Positions 16,236-26,123 of a stretch of DNA of 45,862 nucleotides are shown here, piece after piece. The position numbers and the translations under genes are program-made. Position 1 is the first letter of the stretch. Each line of letters starts with the position of its first letter. Under the pieces are notes generated by a model, which was given only the letters and a program-made list of their open reading frames with translations, was not told the DNA's origin and did no database searches. This DNA is from Bacteroidota bacterium (GTDB lineage Bacteria > Bacteroidota > Bacteroidia > Bacteroidales > VadinHA17), in NCBI GenBank assembly GCA_051748705.1, contig JBNJHQ010000001.1, positions 1-45,862 on the forward strand, given 5' to 3'.

Positions 16236-17600
16236 TCAGCCTTTATATCTTATCCATTTCCACATTTCCTTATACGTAACTTTCTTGCCATACATCAGTA
16301 TTCCTACCCTGTAAATTCTTGCAGCCAGGTATACGAAAGCTACAAATGTAGCAATAAGCAATGCTATTGAGGTTACCACTTCCCACACGGGAACTTCAAA
16401 GGGCAATCGTGCCATCATCACAATGGGGGATGTAAAAGGTATCATTGAAAACCAGAAAGAGAGTGAGCTCTCCGGATTTTCCATTGTCCCGATAGCAACA
16501 AAGAGGGCAAGAATTATGGGGAGCATTATTGGGAACATGAATTGCTGTGTATCAGTATCCGTATCCACCGCTGAGCCAATGGCGGCAAAAACAGAAGCAT
16601 AAAGGAGGTAGCCGAAAATGAAATAGAAGAAAAAGGAAATGAGGATAAACGGCCAGTTTACATTCATCAGGTTATTGAAGATCTTTGCAAATTCCTGTTC
16701 CTGTGCTGAAAGGTCAGCTGACTGCATGACAGCCTCAGTGTCCATGGCTGCCTGTGCCTGGTTCATTACACTCTGCGAAATCTGCTCTCTCATTACCTTC
16801 GGATCATCCGGAAGCACCTGTGACTGAACGACTGTAAGAATAGCAAATGACAGGATGATCCATACCGAGAACTGGGTAAGTCCTACCAGCGCTATGCCTA
16901 AGATTTTTCCCATCATAAGCTCTACAGGCTTAACCGACGATATTATTACTTCAACGATACGGTTATTCTTCTCTTCAAAGACACCTCTCATAACCTGTAC
17001 TCCGAACATGATGACCACCATGTACATTAAGAACGCTCCTATATAGGCCAGTGCCATGGATATGCCCGTGCTTGTCTCTTTAGTCTCCCCGGCATCATCA
17101 ATCCTGATTGTCTGCACCGCAACGTCGGTCTGGACACTTTTCAGGATTTCATCCAGATTCTCTATATTGTAGGCAAGCAGTTTCTTATTTTCAATATCCT
17201 GTTCCAGTGTTCTTTCGATATACTGTAGCAGGTCCATGGGTGGTTGTTTCTTTGATATAAGCTGTATGGCCTGGGGTACATTGGTGACCACCGGTGAAAT
17301 ATATAATATACCGTAGTAACCGGCTTCTTCGAATGTTCCTTTCAGCTGATTAACATCTGCATTCTGGAGGTATTCAAAATCAACATCGTCCCTGTCCTTT
17401 AATACTCCTTTGAAAAGGTCACTGCCGTCTTCTATAACTGCTATTTTCTTAAATTCTTTATCCTGGTTACCCATTATCAATACAGGTACCAGGAAAAGAG
17501 CAACAAAAATCAGGGGGGTCAGGATAGTCATCAGGATAAATGATTTCTTCTTAACCCTCGAGGTATATTCTCTTTTTATTATGATTGATATGTTTCCCAT
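16236..17600 (-). CDS. ABC-2 type transporter permease (NatB-like)
   Basis: 454 aa. Architecture is an N-terminal TM, a ~150-aa extracytoplasmic loop, then 5 predicted C-terminal TMs. It starts 17 nt after the upstream ATPase gene. Confidence 0.8.
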   Translation of the reverse strand: MGNISIIIKREYTSRVKKKSFILMTILTPLIFVALFLVPVLIMGNQDKEFKKIAVIEDGSDLFKGVLKDRDDVDFEYLQNADVNQLKGTFEEAGYYGILYISPVVTNVPQAIQLISKKQPPMDLLQYIERTLEQDIENKKLLAYNIENLDEILKSVQTDVAVQTIRIDDAGETKETSTGISMALAYIGAFLMYMVVIMFGVQVMRGVFEEKNNRIVEVIISSVKPVELMMGKILGIALVGLTQFSVWIILSFAILTVVQSQVLPDDPKVMREQISQSVMNQAQAAMDTEAVMQSADLSAQEQEFAKIFNNLMNVNWPFILISFFFYFIFGYLLYASVFAAIGSAVDTDTDTQQFMFPIMLPIILALFVAIGTMENPESSLSFWFSMIPFTSPIVMMARLPFEVPVWEVVTSIALLIATFVAFVYLAARIYRVGILMYGKKVTYKEMWKWIRYKG

Positions 17601-17617
17601 GATTATTTATGTTAGGG

Positions 17618-18532
17618 TCAGTTGTTTTTGTTGGCTTCAACTACACGAATGAATATTTCGTTCATCGAAGGAAGGGCAGGATTAAAAGACAGCACCACTC
17701 CCTTATCGGTCATATCCCTGATAACATTGTTAATACCAATATCACCTGATGTTTTAAGCCTTACAGTGGTTCTGCCATTATCACCGGTACTTTTAAGGAC
17801 TTCGTAATGGCTGTTTCCCAATATGTTGGCTTCGCCCCTGAATACAACGTCATATTCATTGGCAGCCCATTCTTCACGTATTCTTGAAACACTGCCTTCC
17901 AGTATTGACCTGGACCTGTCGATCAGAGTGATATGGTCACACATTTCTTCAACCGAGCCCATATTATGTGTAGAGAATATAACGGTGGCTCCTTTATCCC
18001 GGAGATTAAGTATCTCGTCCTTTAGAAGACTGGCATTTATCGGGTCAAAACCGCTGAATGGCTCATCAAAAATCAGCAGCCTGGGTTCATGCAGTACGGT
18101 GGTCACAAACTGGATTTTCTGTTGCATCCCTTTTGATAGTTCCTCCACTTTTTTGTCCCACCAGTCTATTATGTCCAGCCTTGTAAACCAGTCTTTGAGT
18201 TTCACCAGTGCGTCATTCTTGCTCAGACCTTTCAGCCTGGCAAGGTAAAGGGCCTGTTCCCCTACTTTCATCTTTTTATAGAGCCCTCTTTCTTCAGGGA
18301 GGTAACCAATATGGGCAAGGTCATCCCTGTTTATTTTGTGACCGTCGATCATTACTGAACCACTGTCGGGAGCAGTAATCTGGTTTATTATCCTGAGCAG
18401 TGTCGTTTTACCTGCCCCGTTAGGTCCCAGGAGTCCGTAAATGGATTGTTGTGGCACAATCATACTCAGCCTGTCAAGTGCCAGGTGGTTCCTGTACTGT
18501 TTAACAACGTTTTCAGCCTTCAGAAATGACAT
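17618..18532 (-). CDS. ABC transporter ATP-binding protein (NatA-like)
   Basis: Walker A GPNGAGKTT, signature LSKGMQQK, Walker B LLIFDEP, H-loop STHNM, and a ~80-aa C-terminal accessory domain. Confidence 0.92.
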   Translation of the reverse strand: MSFLKAENVVKQYRNHLALDRLSMIVPQQSIYGLLGPNGAGKTTLLRIINQITAPDSGSVMIDGHKINRDDLAHIGYLPEERGLYKKMKVGEQALYLARLKGLSKNDALVKLKDWFTRLDIIDWWDKKVEELSKGMQQKIQFVTTVLHEPRLLIFDEPFSGFDPINASLLKDEILNLRDKGATVIFSTHNMGSVEEMCDHITLIDRSRSILEGSVSRIREEWAANEYDVVFRGEANILGNSHYEVLKSTGDNGRTTVRLKTSGDIGINNVIRDMTDKGVVLSFNPALPSMNEIFIRVVEANKNN

Positions 18533-18647
18533 GAATAAGGTATTAGAGGATTAAACTACAAGCCTGTAAATATATAAAAACATATTTTTTTTCGATAAAT
18601 ATTAGCCGGGCATTTTGCAATTGTGCCTATTTGTCCTGCCCTGACCC

Positions 18648-18708
18648 GTGGTCTGCCCTGTGGTCTGCCCCGTGGTCTGCCCCGTGGTCTGCCCCGTGGT
18701 CTGCCCCC
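18648..18708. repeat. Tandem repeat, 12-bp unit x5 (GTGGTCTGCCCC; minus strand GGGGCAGACCAC)
   Basis: Units at 18648, 18660, 18672, 18684 and 18696. Four are identical and one has a single mismatch. The array is 13 nt downstream of the dnaJ stop and ~116 nt upstream of the ABC ATPase ATG. Confidence 0.92.
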
Positions 18709-18720
18709 GAAGACTTAATT

Positions 18721-19875
18721 TTATTCAAAGTAAGATTTCATTCGTTCAAAGAAACCTTTGTCATCTTTTCCCGGTTGCGGTGTAAATGATTCCGAGTTCA
18801 TCATCTTTTCTATTGTCCTCTGTTCATCCGGGCTTATTTTCTTTGGTATCCATACATTTACATTAACCAGGAGATCTCCCTTGCCATAGCCATTGACTTC
18901 AGGTAATCCTTTTCCTCTCAGTCTCAATATCTTTCCTGGTTGTGTGCCCTGTTCAATCTTTATTTTAACCTTGCTTTCAACAGTTGGTATTTCAACATTG
19001 GTGCCCAGAATTGCCTCTGGTACACTTATATAGAGATTATAGATAAGGTCTTTGCCTTCCCGGTACAGCTCAGGGTGTTCTTCCTCTTCTATCATAACGA
19101 TCAGATCGCCCGGAATGCCTCCCCGCCTGGCAGCATTACCTTTGCCACTGACAGTCATCTGCATTCCTTTACCCACACCTGCGGGTATATTGATTTTGAT
19201 TACTTCCTGTTCTTTAACTATACCTTCGCCAAAGCAGGAATTACACTTCCTTGTAATAATTTTTCCTTCCCCACCGCATGTGGGGCAGGTTGAAGTGCTC
19301 TGCATCTGTCCAAGCAGGGTATTGGTTACCCTGGTTACCTGTCCGGAACCCCTGCATGTGTTGCAGGTAGTATAGCTGTTGCTGTCGGCTGCCCCTGAAC
19401 CACCGCAGGTGGAACAGCTGACATATTTATTGACCTTAATTTTTTTCTCGACCCCTTTTGCTATTTCCTTCAGGCTCAGTTTAACCTTGACCCTCAGGTT
19501 AGAACCCTTATTTACACGCTGCCGTGTTCTCCCTCCGCCACCGAAGCCACCAAAGCCGCCAAAGCCACCGAAGGCATCACCGAAAATATCTCCGAAAGAA
19601 GAAAATATATCCTCCATGGTCATACCAGCCCCACCGAAACCGTTCTGTCCGCCGAGACCGGCATGCCCGTAGCGGTCATAGCGGGCTTTCTTTTCATCGT
19701 CACGCAGAACTTCGTAAGCCTCAGCAGCCTCCTTGAACTTATTTTCAGCTTCCTTATCATCCGGATTTTTGTCGGGGTGATACTTAATAGCTTTCTGACG
19801 GTAAGCTTTCTTTATCTCGTCCTTCGTTGCATCCTTTGATACACCAAGTACTTCGTAATAATCTCTTTTACTCAT
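18721..19875 (-). CDS. dnaJ: Molecular chaperone DnaJ
   Basis: J-domain DYYEVLGV...HPDKN, G/F-rich linker, four CxxCxGxG zinc-finger repeats. Confidence 0.97.
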   Translation of the reverse strand: MSKRDYYEVLGVSKDATKDEIKKAYRQKAIKYHPDKNPDDKEAENKFKEAAEAYEVLRDDEKKARYDRYGHAGLGGQNGFGGAGMTMEDIFSSFGDIFGDAFGGFGGFGGFGGGGRTRQRVNKGSNLRVKVKLSLKEIAKGVEKKIKVNKYVSCSTCGGSGAADSNSYTTCNTCRGSGQVTRVTNTLLGQMQSTSTCPTCGGEGKIITRKCNSCFGEGIVKEQEVIKINIPAGVGKGMQMTVSGKGNAARRGGIPGDLIVMIEEEEHPELYREGKDLIYNLYISVPEAILGTNVEIPTVESKVKIKIEQGTQPGKILRLRGKGLPEVNGYGKGDLLVNVNVWIPKKISPDEQRTIEKMMNSESFTPQPGKDDKGFFERMKSYFE

Positions 19876-19886
19876 CCTCTCTGTTA

Positions 19887-20534
19887 TTATTCTCCAATCA
19901 CTACTTTGGCGTAGCGCAGTATCTTATCATTCAGATAATATCCTTTCTGAATCACATCCACCACTTTCCCTTTTTGCTTTTTGTCTGCTGCCGGAATCTT
20001 GGTGACAGCTTCGTGTAAATCGGTATCGAAATCCTTACCGAGGCTCTCCATCTCCTTTACACCATTCTGCCTCAGGTAACCCTGCATCTTATTGTAGATA
20101 AGTCCAACACCTTCCTTAATCGATTCACAGTCAGCGGTGGTTTCCATAAGAGTCATTGCCCTTTCAAAATCATCCATCACAGGCAGGAGGCTAAGCAGGA
20201 GGCTTTCCCCGGCTGACCTGGTAAGCTCGATACGCTCTTTCAGTGTTCTTTTACGGTAATTATCAAATTCAGCTGACAGCCGCAGGTACTTATCCTGAAA
20301 TTCTGCCAGTCTTACTTCCATATCTTCTTTCTTTTCTTCAGCACTGTCAGGTTCCTGGTCATTTTTATCTTCCACCTGCTCCGATGCCCCGGTCTGTTTT
20401 TCTTCTTCATCCCCAACAAACCCGGCATCTTCATTATTATCTTCAGCTGTTGTCTTATTGTTTTCTTTGACAGTTTGTTGGGCTTTCGTATTCCTTTCCT
20501 TGTCCCCTTCTTTATCGCTAATTTTTTTTGCCAT
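19887..20534 (-). CDS. grpE: Nucleotide exchange factor GrpE (with a ~70-aa acidic/Lys-rich N-terminal extension)
   Basis: Core motif [14 protein letters not shown]...[11 protein letters not shown]. The gene lies immediately upstream of dnaJ. Confidence 0.95.
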   Translation of the reverse strand: MAKKISDKEGDKERNTKAQQTVKENNKTTAEDNNEDAGFVGDEEEKQTGASEQVEDKNDQEPDSAEEKKEDMEVRLAEFQDKYLRLSAEFDNYRKRTLKERIELTRSAGESLLLSLLPVMDDFERAMTLMETTADCESIKEGVGLIYNKMQGYLRQNGVKEMESLGKDFDTDLHEAVTKIPAADKKQKGKVVDVIQKGYYLNDKILRYAKVVIGE

Positions 20535-20771
20535 AGATATTCATTTTGCAGTTAAATCATAAGGGGAGACAGCAAATAACCTGCCATACGGGCCACAGGG
20601 ACAAAATGTCATGCACTGTTATTAAAACCCTAATATTCTGACAGACCATTAAAGGGGCACGAAAATTGATAAGTAAAACATTCTCTGCCGGGCGAAGAAT
20701 CTACTGCCAGGTCAGTAAACATGTTTATGCGGGAATGTTTACAGATTCTTTTAAAGCAAGGGGTATGCAAT

Positions 20772-20841
20772 CCGGAACCAAAATGATAATCAATTGTTTT
20801 AAGTATACGGAACCAAAACGATAATAAATTGTTTTAAGGAT
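20772..20841. repeat. Direct tandem repeat, 35 bp x2 (32/35 identical)
   Basis: CGGAACCAAAATGATAATCAATTGTTTTAAGTATA (20772-20806) versus CGGAACCAAAACGATAATAAATTGTTTTAAGGATA (20807-20841). A partial CAGAAC follows. The repeat ends 49 nt upstream of the OsmC-like ATG. Confidence 0.88.
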
Positions 20842-20889
20842 ACAGAACTTTAGGATATATAATTTTTTTAAGAAAGCAAAACAGCAGAA

Positions 20890-21288
20890 ATGGAACTGGA
20901 AGTATTTTTTGAAGATAACAAGAAGGTAAATGCAAGGTTGAATGGTTACGTGATCCCCACCGATCAGCCAAGGCGGAGCGGGGGTGATGAAACTGCGCCT
21001 GAACCTTTCAGCCTTTTCCTGGCATCCATTGGAACATGTGCCGGCATCTATGTAAAATATTTCTGTGAAAAAAGGGGTATAGATTCAAGTAAAATAAGAA
21101 TAATACAACGGCATAGCTTCAATCCTGAGACCAGGATGATTGACAGGATAGAACTGGAAGCGATATTACCTGATGATTTTCCCGAGAAGTACAGGAGTGC
21201 GGTAGTAAATGCCATGGATCTGTGCACTGTGAAAAGGCATCTGAATAATCCGCCGAAGATAGAAGCTTATGCGAGCCGTGGTGTGTAA
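20890..21288 (+). CDS. OsmC family protein (peroxiredoxin-like fold)
   Basis: 132 aa. Has an OsmC-like pattern with the conserved Cys context LASIGTCAGI and a second Cys in DLCTVKRHL. Confidence 0.75.
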   Translation: MELEVFFEDNKKVNARLNGYVIPTDQPRRSGGDETAPEPFSLFLASIGTCAGIYVKYFCEKRGIDSSKIRIIQRHSFNPETRMIDRIELEAILPDDFPEKYRSAVVNAMDLCTVKRHLNNPPKIEAYASRGV

Positions 21289-21301
21289 GCCTGCGGGGCT
21301 A

Positions 21302-21691
21302 TCATAAGGCTGCCACTGCTTCTATCTCAATCAGCGCACCATAATGAAGTTCCCTGGTTGGTACAACGGCTCTTGCCGGTTTAATTTTACCGAAGAACTT
21401 TTTATATACTTCGTTTACACTTCCCCAGTGAGACATGTCAGAGATGTAAACTGTTGTTTTAAGGATCTTTTTCCTGTCCGATCCCGAATCTTTCAGTATT
21501 GTTTCAATATTTTCCAGCACCTGCAGTGTCTGTTCTTCAATATTGCCTCCTGCCATTTCCCCCGTGAAAGGATTGACAGGAAGCTGTCCTGATACAAAAA
21601 TCAGGTCATTGAATTGCACTGCCTGGGAATAGTGGCCTTTTGGCTCCGGGATGTTCGGAGTGTATAATTCCCTTATCCTTTTATCCTTCAT
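21302..21691 (-). CDS. RidA family protein (YjgF/L-PSP reactive-intermediate deaminase)
   Basis: Start moved to ATG 21691 (MKDKRI...). Motifs PKGHYSQAV, FVSGQLPV, PARAVVPTRELHYGALIEIEAVA. Confidence 0.85.
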   Translation of the reverse strand: MKDKRIRELYTPNIPEPKGHYSQAVQFNDLIFVSGQLPVNPFTGEMAGGNIEEQTLQVLENIETILKDSGSDRKKILKTTVYISDMSHWGSVNEVYKKFFGKIKPARAVVPTRELHYGALIEIEAVAAL

Positions 21692-21761
21692 CGTAAAGTA
21701 ATTATGGTATGTAAACCTTTTATCAGAAGAAACAGGCCAAGACAGGCGGGGAAGCTGCAAA

Positions 21762-22214
21762 TTAACCTTCGTCAGCAAGTAATTCTTGAAGCTTCTGCAT
21801 CATTTCCTGGTCGTTCTGTACGATCATTGTTATCTCCTGGTACCTTTCCAGGGTCAGTTCCTGCTTCTGTATTTTCTCCTCCATATCCTTCTGGGCATCA
21901 GCCTGCAGTTTTGCGATCTCCTTATTTGCTTTATTGAATTTCTCCATTTCTTCTTCAGTGGCACTTACTTCCTGGTTTGGATCCTGGCTTGCGGCGAAAA
22001 TTTCATTAAAGCGTTCAACGGATATCTCTTCGTCTTCCACGGCCCCGATCATTGCCATCTGTGTTCTTTGGTTGATCTCCTGGACTTCTTTCACGGCGGA
22101 AGCAAACTGTTTTAATTCCTTATCCGATACTTCATCTTCTGACTGTGCAAAAGCAGCTGTTCCGCAAAACAATAGTGTAAATACTAGAATTGTTGATTTT
22201 TTGATTTTAAGCAT
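21762..22214 (-). CDS. DUF4168-like secreted protein
   Basis: Start moved from TTG 22220 to ATG 22214. Signal peptide ...CGTAAFA|QSE. The mature part is Glu/Lys/Gln-rich and helical (ELKQFASAVKEVQEINQ...). Confidence 0.6.
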   Translation of the reverse strand: MLKIKKSTILVFTLLFCGTAAFAQSEDEVSDKELKQFASAVKEVQEINQRTQMAMIGAVEDEEISVERFNEIFAASQDPNQEVSATEEEMEKFNKANKEIAKLQADAQKDMEEKIQKQELTLERYQEITMIVQNDQEMMQKLQELLADEG

Positions 22215-22422
22215 AATCAAGTTATTTAAATTAAAAAATACTGGCAGCCTGGCTTATTAAAATTTTACATTATTTCCTGCCCGGAGGTCACAATTATCCC
22301 GGGCACAGGCTATCTGCCAGAATAGTTAAAACCATACAAAGTAAAGGATTAAAATACAGACGACCAAAAGGATAGTGTTAAAGAAATGTTATAGTTTGCC
22401 AATATTTTCTTAATGACTCCCG

Positions 22423-23727
22423 TCAAACCCTCTTAATGTTTGCACCCAGTGCATTCAGCCGGCCGTCAATATCCTGGTAACCCCTGTCGATCTGTTCAAT
22501 ATTATCTATGGTACTGCATCCTTCGGCTGAGAGGGCAGCAAGCAATAAGGCGACGCCTGCCCTTATATCGGGGCTTGTCATTGTTGTTGCCCTGAGCCTG
22601 AATTTCCTTTCGAGGCCTATTACCGTTGCCCGGTGAGGGTCACATAAAATTATCTGGGCCCCCATATCGATGAGTTTATCTACAAAAAAGAGCCTGCTCT
22701 CGAACATTTTCTGGTGTATAAGCACCGACCCTTTGGCCTGGGTGGCCACTACCAGGAAAACACTGAGCAGGTCAGGGGTGAGGCCGGGCCATATGCCATC
22801 AGAGACAGTCATTATTGACCCGTCGATATAACTTTCTATCTCGTAGCATGTCTGTGCCGGGATAAAGATATCATCTCCCTTCCTTTCAAGGTGAATACCC
22901 ATGCGTTTGAATGAGGAGGGTATTATTCCGAGGTTTTCGTATGATACGTTTTTTATTGTTATTTCAGATCCTGTAATTGCGGCCATGCCAATGAATGAAC
23001 CGGTTTCAATCATATCGGGCAATATTTTATGTTCGCAACCGCCAAGCTCTTTTACCCCTTCTATGTGAAGAAGGTTGGATCCAATTCCTTCAATTCGTGC
23101 ACCCATCGACACCAGCATACGGCATAACTGCTGTAAATATGGTTCGCATGCTGCATTATAAATAGTTGTCTTTCCACTGGCCATCACAGCTGCCATAACA
23201 ATATTCGCAGTGCCTGTCACCGATGCTTCATCAAGGTGTATATAAGCCCCACTCAGTTTCTTACCTGTTACGGAATATATTGATCTGGCAGGGTCGTAGC
23301 TGAAGCTTGCCCCGAGGCTTTTAAATCCTGTGAGGTGAGTGTCCACTTTGCGCCTGCCTATTTTATCACCTCCCGGCCTGGGCATGCTTGACCTGCCGAA
23401 TCTGGCCAGGAGTGGACCAAGTATCATTATGGAACCCCTCAGTGCTGAACTATAGGCTATGTATTCGGGCGATTCCAGGTATTTGAGATCGATATTTCTT
23501 GCCTGGAATGAATATGTGCCCTTACCCAGTCTTTCTACATCGCATCCAAGGCTTGAGATAAGGTCAATCAGTTTTTTTACATCACTTATATCCGGGATAT
23601 TATCTATCCTGACTTTTTCAGATGTGAGAAGCGTGGCACAGATAACCTGCAGGGCCTCATTTTTAGCCCCCTGCGGCTCTATCTTACCCTTTAACTTTCG
23701 TCCTCCTTCAACTATGAATTTACTCAT
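22423..23727 (-). CDS. murA: UDP-N-acetylglucosamine 1-carboxyvinyltransferase
   Basis: 434 aa. N-terminus FIVEGGRKLKGKIEPQGAKNEALQ and the overall MurA pattern (PRPGGDKIGRRKVDTH). The ATG overlaps the upstream stop (ATGA). Confidence 0.95.
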   Translation of the reverse strand: MSKFIVEGGRKLKGKIEPQGAKNEALQVICATLLTSEKVRIDNIPDISDVKKLIDLISSLGCDVERLGKGTYSFQARNIDLKYLESPEYIAYSSALRGSIMILGPLLARFGRSSMPRPGGDKIGRRKVDTHLTGFKSLGASFSYDPARSIYSVTGKKLSGAYIHLDEASVTGTANIVMAAVMASGKTTIYNAACEPYLQQLCRMLVSMGARIEGIGSNLLHIEGVKELGGCEHKILPDMIETGSFIGMAAITGSEITIKNVSYENLGIIPSSFKRMGIHLERKGDDIFIPAQTCYEIESYIDGSIMTVSDGIWPGLTPDLLSVFLVVATQAKGSVLIHQKMFESRLFFVDKLIDMGAQIILCDPHRATVIGLERKFRLRATTMTSPDIRAGVALLLAALSAEGCSTIDNIEQIDRGYQDIDGRLNALGANIKRV

Positions 23728-24353
23728 TGTCGCTTCGGCTGGTATTTTCTCTTATGTTGATTTTTTTGTTTGACCGGCTGTTTCTTCTTTTTCGGGCCCA
23801 TAAGGTCCTTTACTTCAAGCAGTCTCAGGTTCTCCGGTATTTTTATCCTGTTATCCGACAATTCCAGGAGGTCCTTTAAAATAACATCGTCATTGATCTG
23901 GCTGCGGTTCCATGTGGCAGATGCTTTTTTCATCTGGTTTGCGATAAGCATAACAAGGTAATCCTTTTTTTCACCCTCCTCCATCTTGCAGGCTTCATCT
24001 ATCATCATCTCGATCATCCTTCCGTAGTGCAGGTACTTAACTTCACCTTTCTTATAGCCTACTTCCTCTGGTTTTTCAAGCAGCACTTCTTTCTCAGGTG
24101 GTGGATAAGGGGCATCTATATCAAGTTCAAAATCTGCAATAATAGTAAGATGGTCCCACAGCTTATGCCTTACATCGCCCGAATCCCTGAGGTTGGGATT
24201 GAGGTTCCCCATAATCTGTATTATTGCACGTGCGGCCCTTGACCGTTCGTCCCTGTCCTTAATGGTTTTTATGTGATCAACCATTTTCTGCACATTCCTG
24301 CCGTACTCCGGCAATGCCATCTTTTGTCTCTGGGTGTTATAGTCGTGATCCAT
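23724..24353 (-). CDS. DUF4290-like protein
   Basis: 209 aa with N-terminus YNTQRQKMALPEYGRNVQKMVDH. A 4-nt ATGA overlap with murA suggests translational coupling. As I recall, DUF4290-murA is a conserved pairing in Bacteroidota. Confidence 0.7.
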   Translation of the reverse strand: MDHDYNTQRQKMALPEYGRNVQKMVDHIKTIKDRDERSRAARAIIQIMGNLNPNLRDSGDVRHKLWDHLTIIADFELDIDAPYPPPEKEVLLEKPEEVGYKKGEVKYLHYGRMIEMMIDEACKMEEGEKKDYLVMLIANQMKKASATWNRSQINDDVILKDLLELSDNRIKIPENLRLLEVKDLMGPKKKKQPVKQKNQHKRKYQPKRQ

Positions 24354-24368
24354 TATTATAATTTTTTA

Positions 24369-24376
24369 CAAATCTA
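24369..24376 (-). promoter_or_regulatory. Candidate -7 box TAGATTTG for DUF4290-murA
   Basis: Forward caaatcta gives TAGATTTG on the minus strand, 16 nt upstream of ATG 24353. Confidence 0.3.
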
Positions 24377-24518
24377 AGTATTTTTACTTGTAATTCTGAA
24401 AGTTATAGTCTTATTCTTTTATAAGTTCCAGCTTCCACAGGGCTTTCATGGCACGGTCGGAGAAAAAAATGCCCTGAAATAATATACCTTTACTGGCTGA
24501 TTAACAAAATTTGGGACT

Positions 24519-26120
24519 ATGAGAATTAAAGCGGTGTTATTGCTTTGTCTGCTGACTTTTTCATTGCAGTCAAAAGATCACTACCCTTTACAGAACAATA
24601 TTGATGTTATTCATTATGAATTCACGATTTACCTTTCCGACAGTTACAATAAGATAAGGGGTGAAGCAAAATTAGAGATCAGCCACACCGGAAGCACCAG
24701 GGAAATTATCCTTGATCTTGTTTATCCGGGAGAAGATGGCAAAGGCATGAGTGTTGAAGAGGTGATGGTTGATAATAAAGCTGTGGCATGGGAGCATAAA
24801 GCCAACAGGCTTCATATAGATCTCATTAGGGAGAAAAAAGCCGGTGAATCATCAGCTCTGTATATAAGTTATAATGGTATCCCTGCTGATGGGCTGGTCA
24901 TTTCCATGAACAGGCATGGCCGCCGTACCTTTTTTGCTGATAACTGGCCCGACAGGGCAAGAAACTGGATTCCCTGCATTGACCATCCTTCCGATAAGGC
25001 AAAGGTTGATTTTATTGTTTATGCACCTGATAAATACAAGGTTATATCAAACGGTTATCTCTATGAGGAAAGTACACTGCCTGGGGGTCTGAAACTTACT
25101 CACTGGAAGGAAGAGATAAGTATCCCGACAAAAGTGATGGTTATAGGTGTGGCCGAGTTTGCAAAACGGCTGGCCGGGTCTATATATGGAACAGATATAT
25201 GGACCTATGTCTTCCCGGAGGACCGTGAGGCCGGTTTCTCAGACTATTCAGTGGCCACCGGACCCTTTAAATGGTACAGTGACATGATAGGGCCCTATCC
25301 TTATGAAAAACTGGCAAATGTACAATCAAAAACAATGTTCGGAGGAATGGAAAATGCAGGCTGTATCTTTTATTCCGAATCTTCTGTCACCGGCCGTAAC
25401 CGGGCTGAAGGCCTTATAGCACATGAGATTGCGCACCAGTGGTTTGGCAATTCGGTAAGTGAAAAGGACTGGCATCATATATGGCTGAGTGAGGGCTTTG
25501 CGACCTATCTGACAGCCCTTTACCAGGGTCACAGGGAAGGGGAAGAAAAGCTCAGGTCAGTAATGGATATGGCCAGGCGCAGGGTTATTAGATCATTTAA
25601 GAATAATCCCTCCCCGGTGATTGATACAACAATTTTTGAGTATATGCGACTGCTCAGCGCCAATTCTTACCAGAAGGGTGCCTGGGTTTTGCATATGCTT
25701 AAAAATGAACTGGGAGATGATCTTTTCTGGGCGGGAATTCAGAAATATTATGACAGCTACCATAACGCCAATGCACTGACCTCTGATTTTGTGATAACAA
25801 TGGAAGAGGTGGCGGATCGTGACCTGGCCGGGTTCTTTTATCAATGGCTTTACCTGCCCGGACACCCGCAGCTAAAAATAAGCTGGTCATATGACAGGGC
25901 CAGGAAAGAAGTAAATCTTTTGCTCGAGCAGAAACAGGAAAATTATGTCTTTGAGTTTCCACTGGATATTCAGATTAACGACCCTTCAGGCTCAAGGCTT
26001 GAGACAATAATGGTTAACAGGAGAGTCCAGTCATTTGTCCTGGAATCTGCAGATTCACCAGGTGAATTAATAGCTGATCCGGGTGTTAATCTCCTCTTCG
26101 AGGAAGTGGAAGGTAGATGA
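24519..26120 (+). CDS. M1 family metallopeptidase (aminopeptidase N-like), secreted
   Basis: Zinc motif HEIAHQWFGN followed by WLSEGFATY. GAMEN-like FGGMENAG. N-terminal signal peptide. Confidence 0.9.
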   Translation: MRIKAVLLLCLLTFSLQSKDHYPLQNNIDVIHYEFTIYLSDSYNKIRGEAKLEISHTGSTREIILDLVYPGEDGKGMSVEEVMVDNKAVAWEHKANRLHIDLIREKKAGESSALYISYNGIPADGLVISMNRHGRRTFFADNWPDRARNWIPCIDHPSDKAKVDFIVYAPDKYKVISNGYLYEESTLPGGLKLTHWKEEISIPTKVMVIGVAEFAKRLAGSIYGTDIWTYVFPEDREAGFSDYSVATGPFKWYSDMIGPYPYEKLANVQSKTMFGGMENAGCIFYSESSVTGRNRAEGLIAHEIAHQWFGNSVSEKDWHHIWLSEGFATYLTALYQGHREGEEKLRSVMDMARRRVIRSFKNNPSPVIDTTIFEYMRLLSANSYQKGAWVLHMLKNELGDDLFWAGIQKYYDSYHNANALTSDFVITMEEVADRDLAGFFYQWLYLPGHPQLKISWSYDRARKEVNLLLEQKQENYVFEFPLDIQINDPSGSRLETIMVNRRVQSFVLESADSPGELIADPGVNLLFEEVEGR

Positions 26121-26123
26121 CAG

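Noticed and set aside
20535-20700. Searched upstream of grpE-dnaJ for a CIRCE/HrcA operator and for small RNA genes
   Set aside because: There is no match to TTAGCACTC-N9-GAGTGCTAA, and no tRNA, SRP or 6S-like conserved motifs that I could recognise by eye. A covariance-model scan would be needed to exclude sRNAs.
22279-22312. Weak hairpin TGCCCGG-N14-CCGGGCA downstream of murA, considered as a terminator
   Set aside because: The stem is only 7 bp with a large loop and no U-tract. It lies ~110 nt from the murA stop and is not distinguishable from chance.
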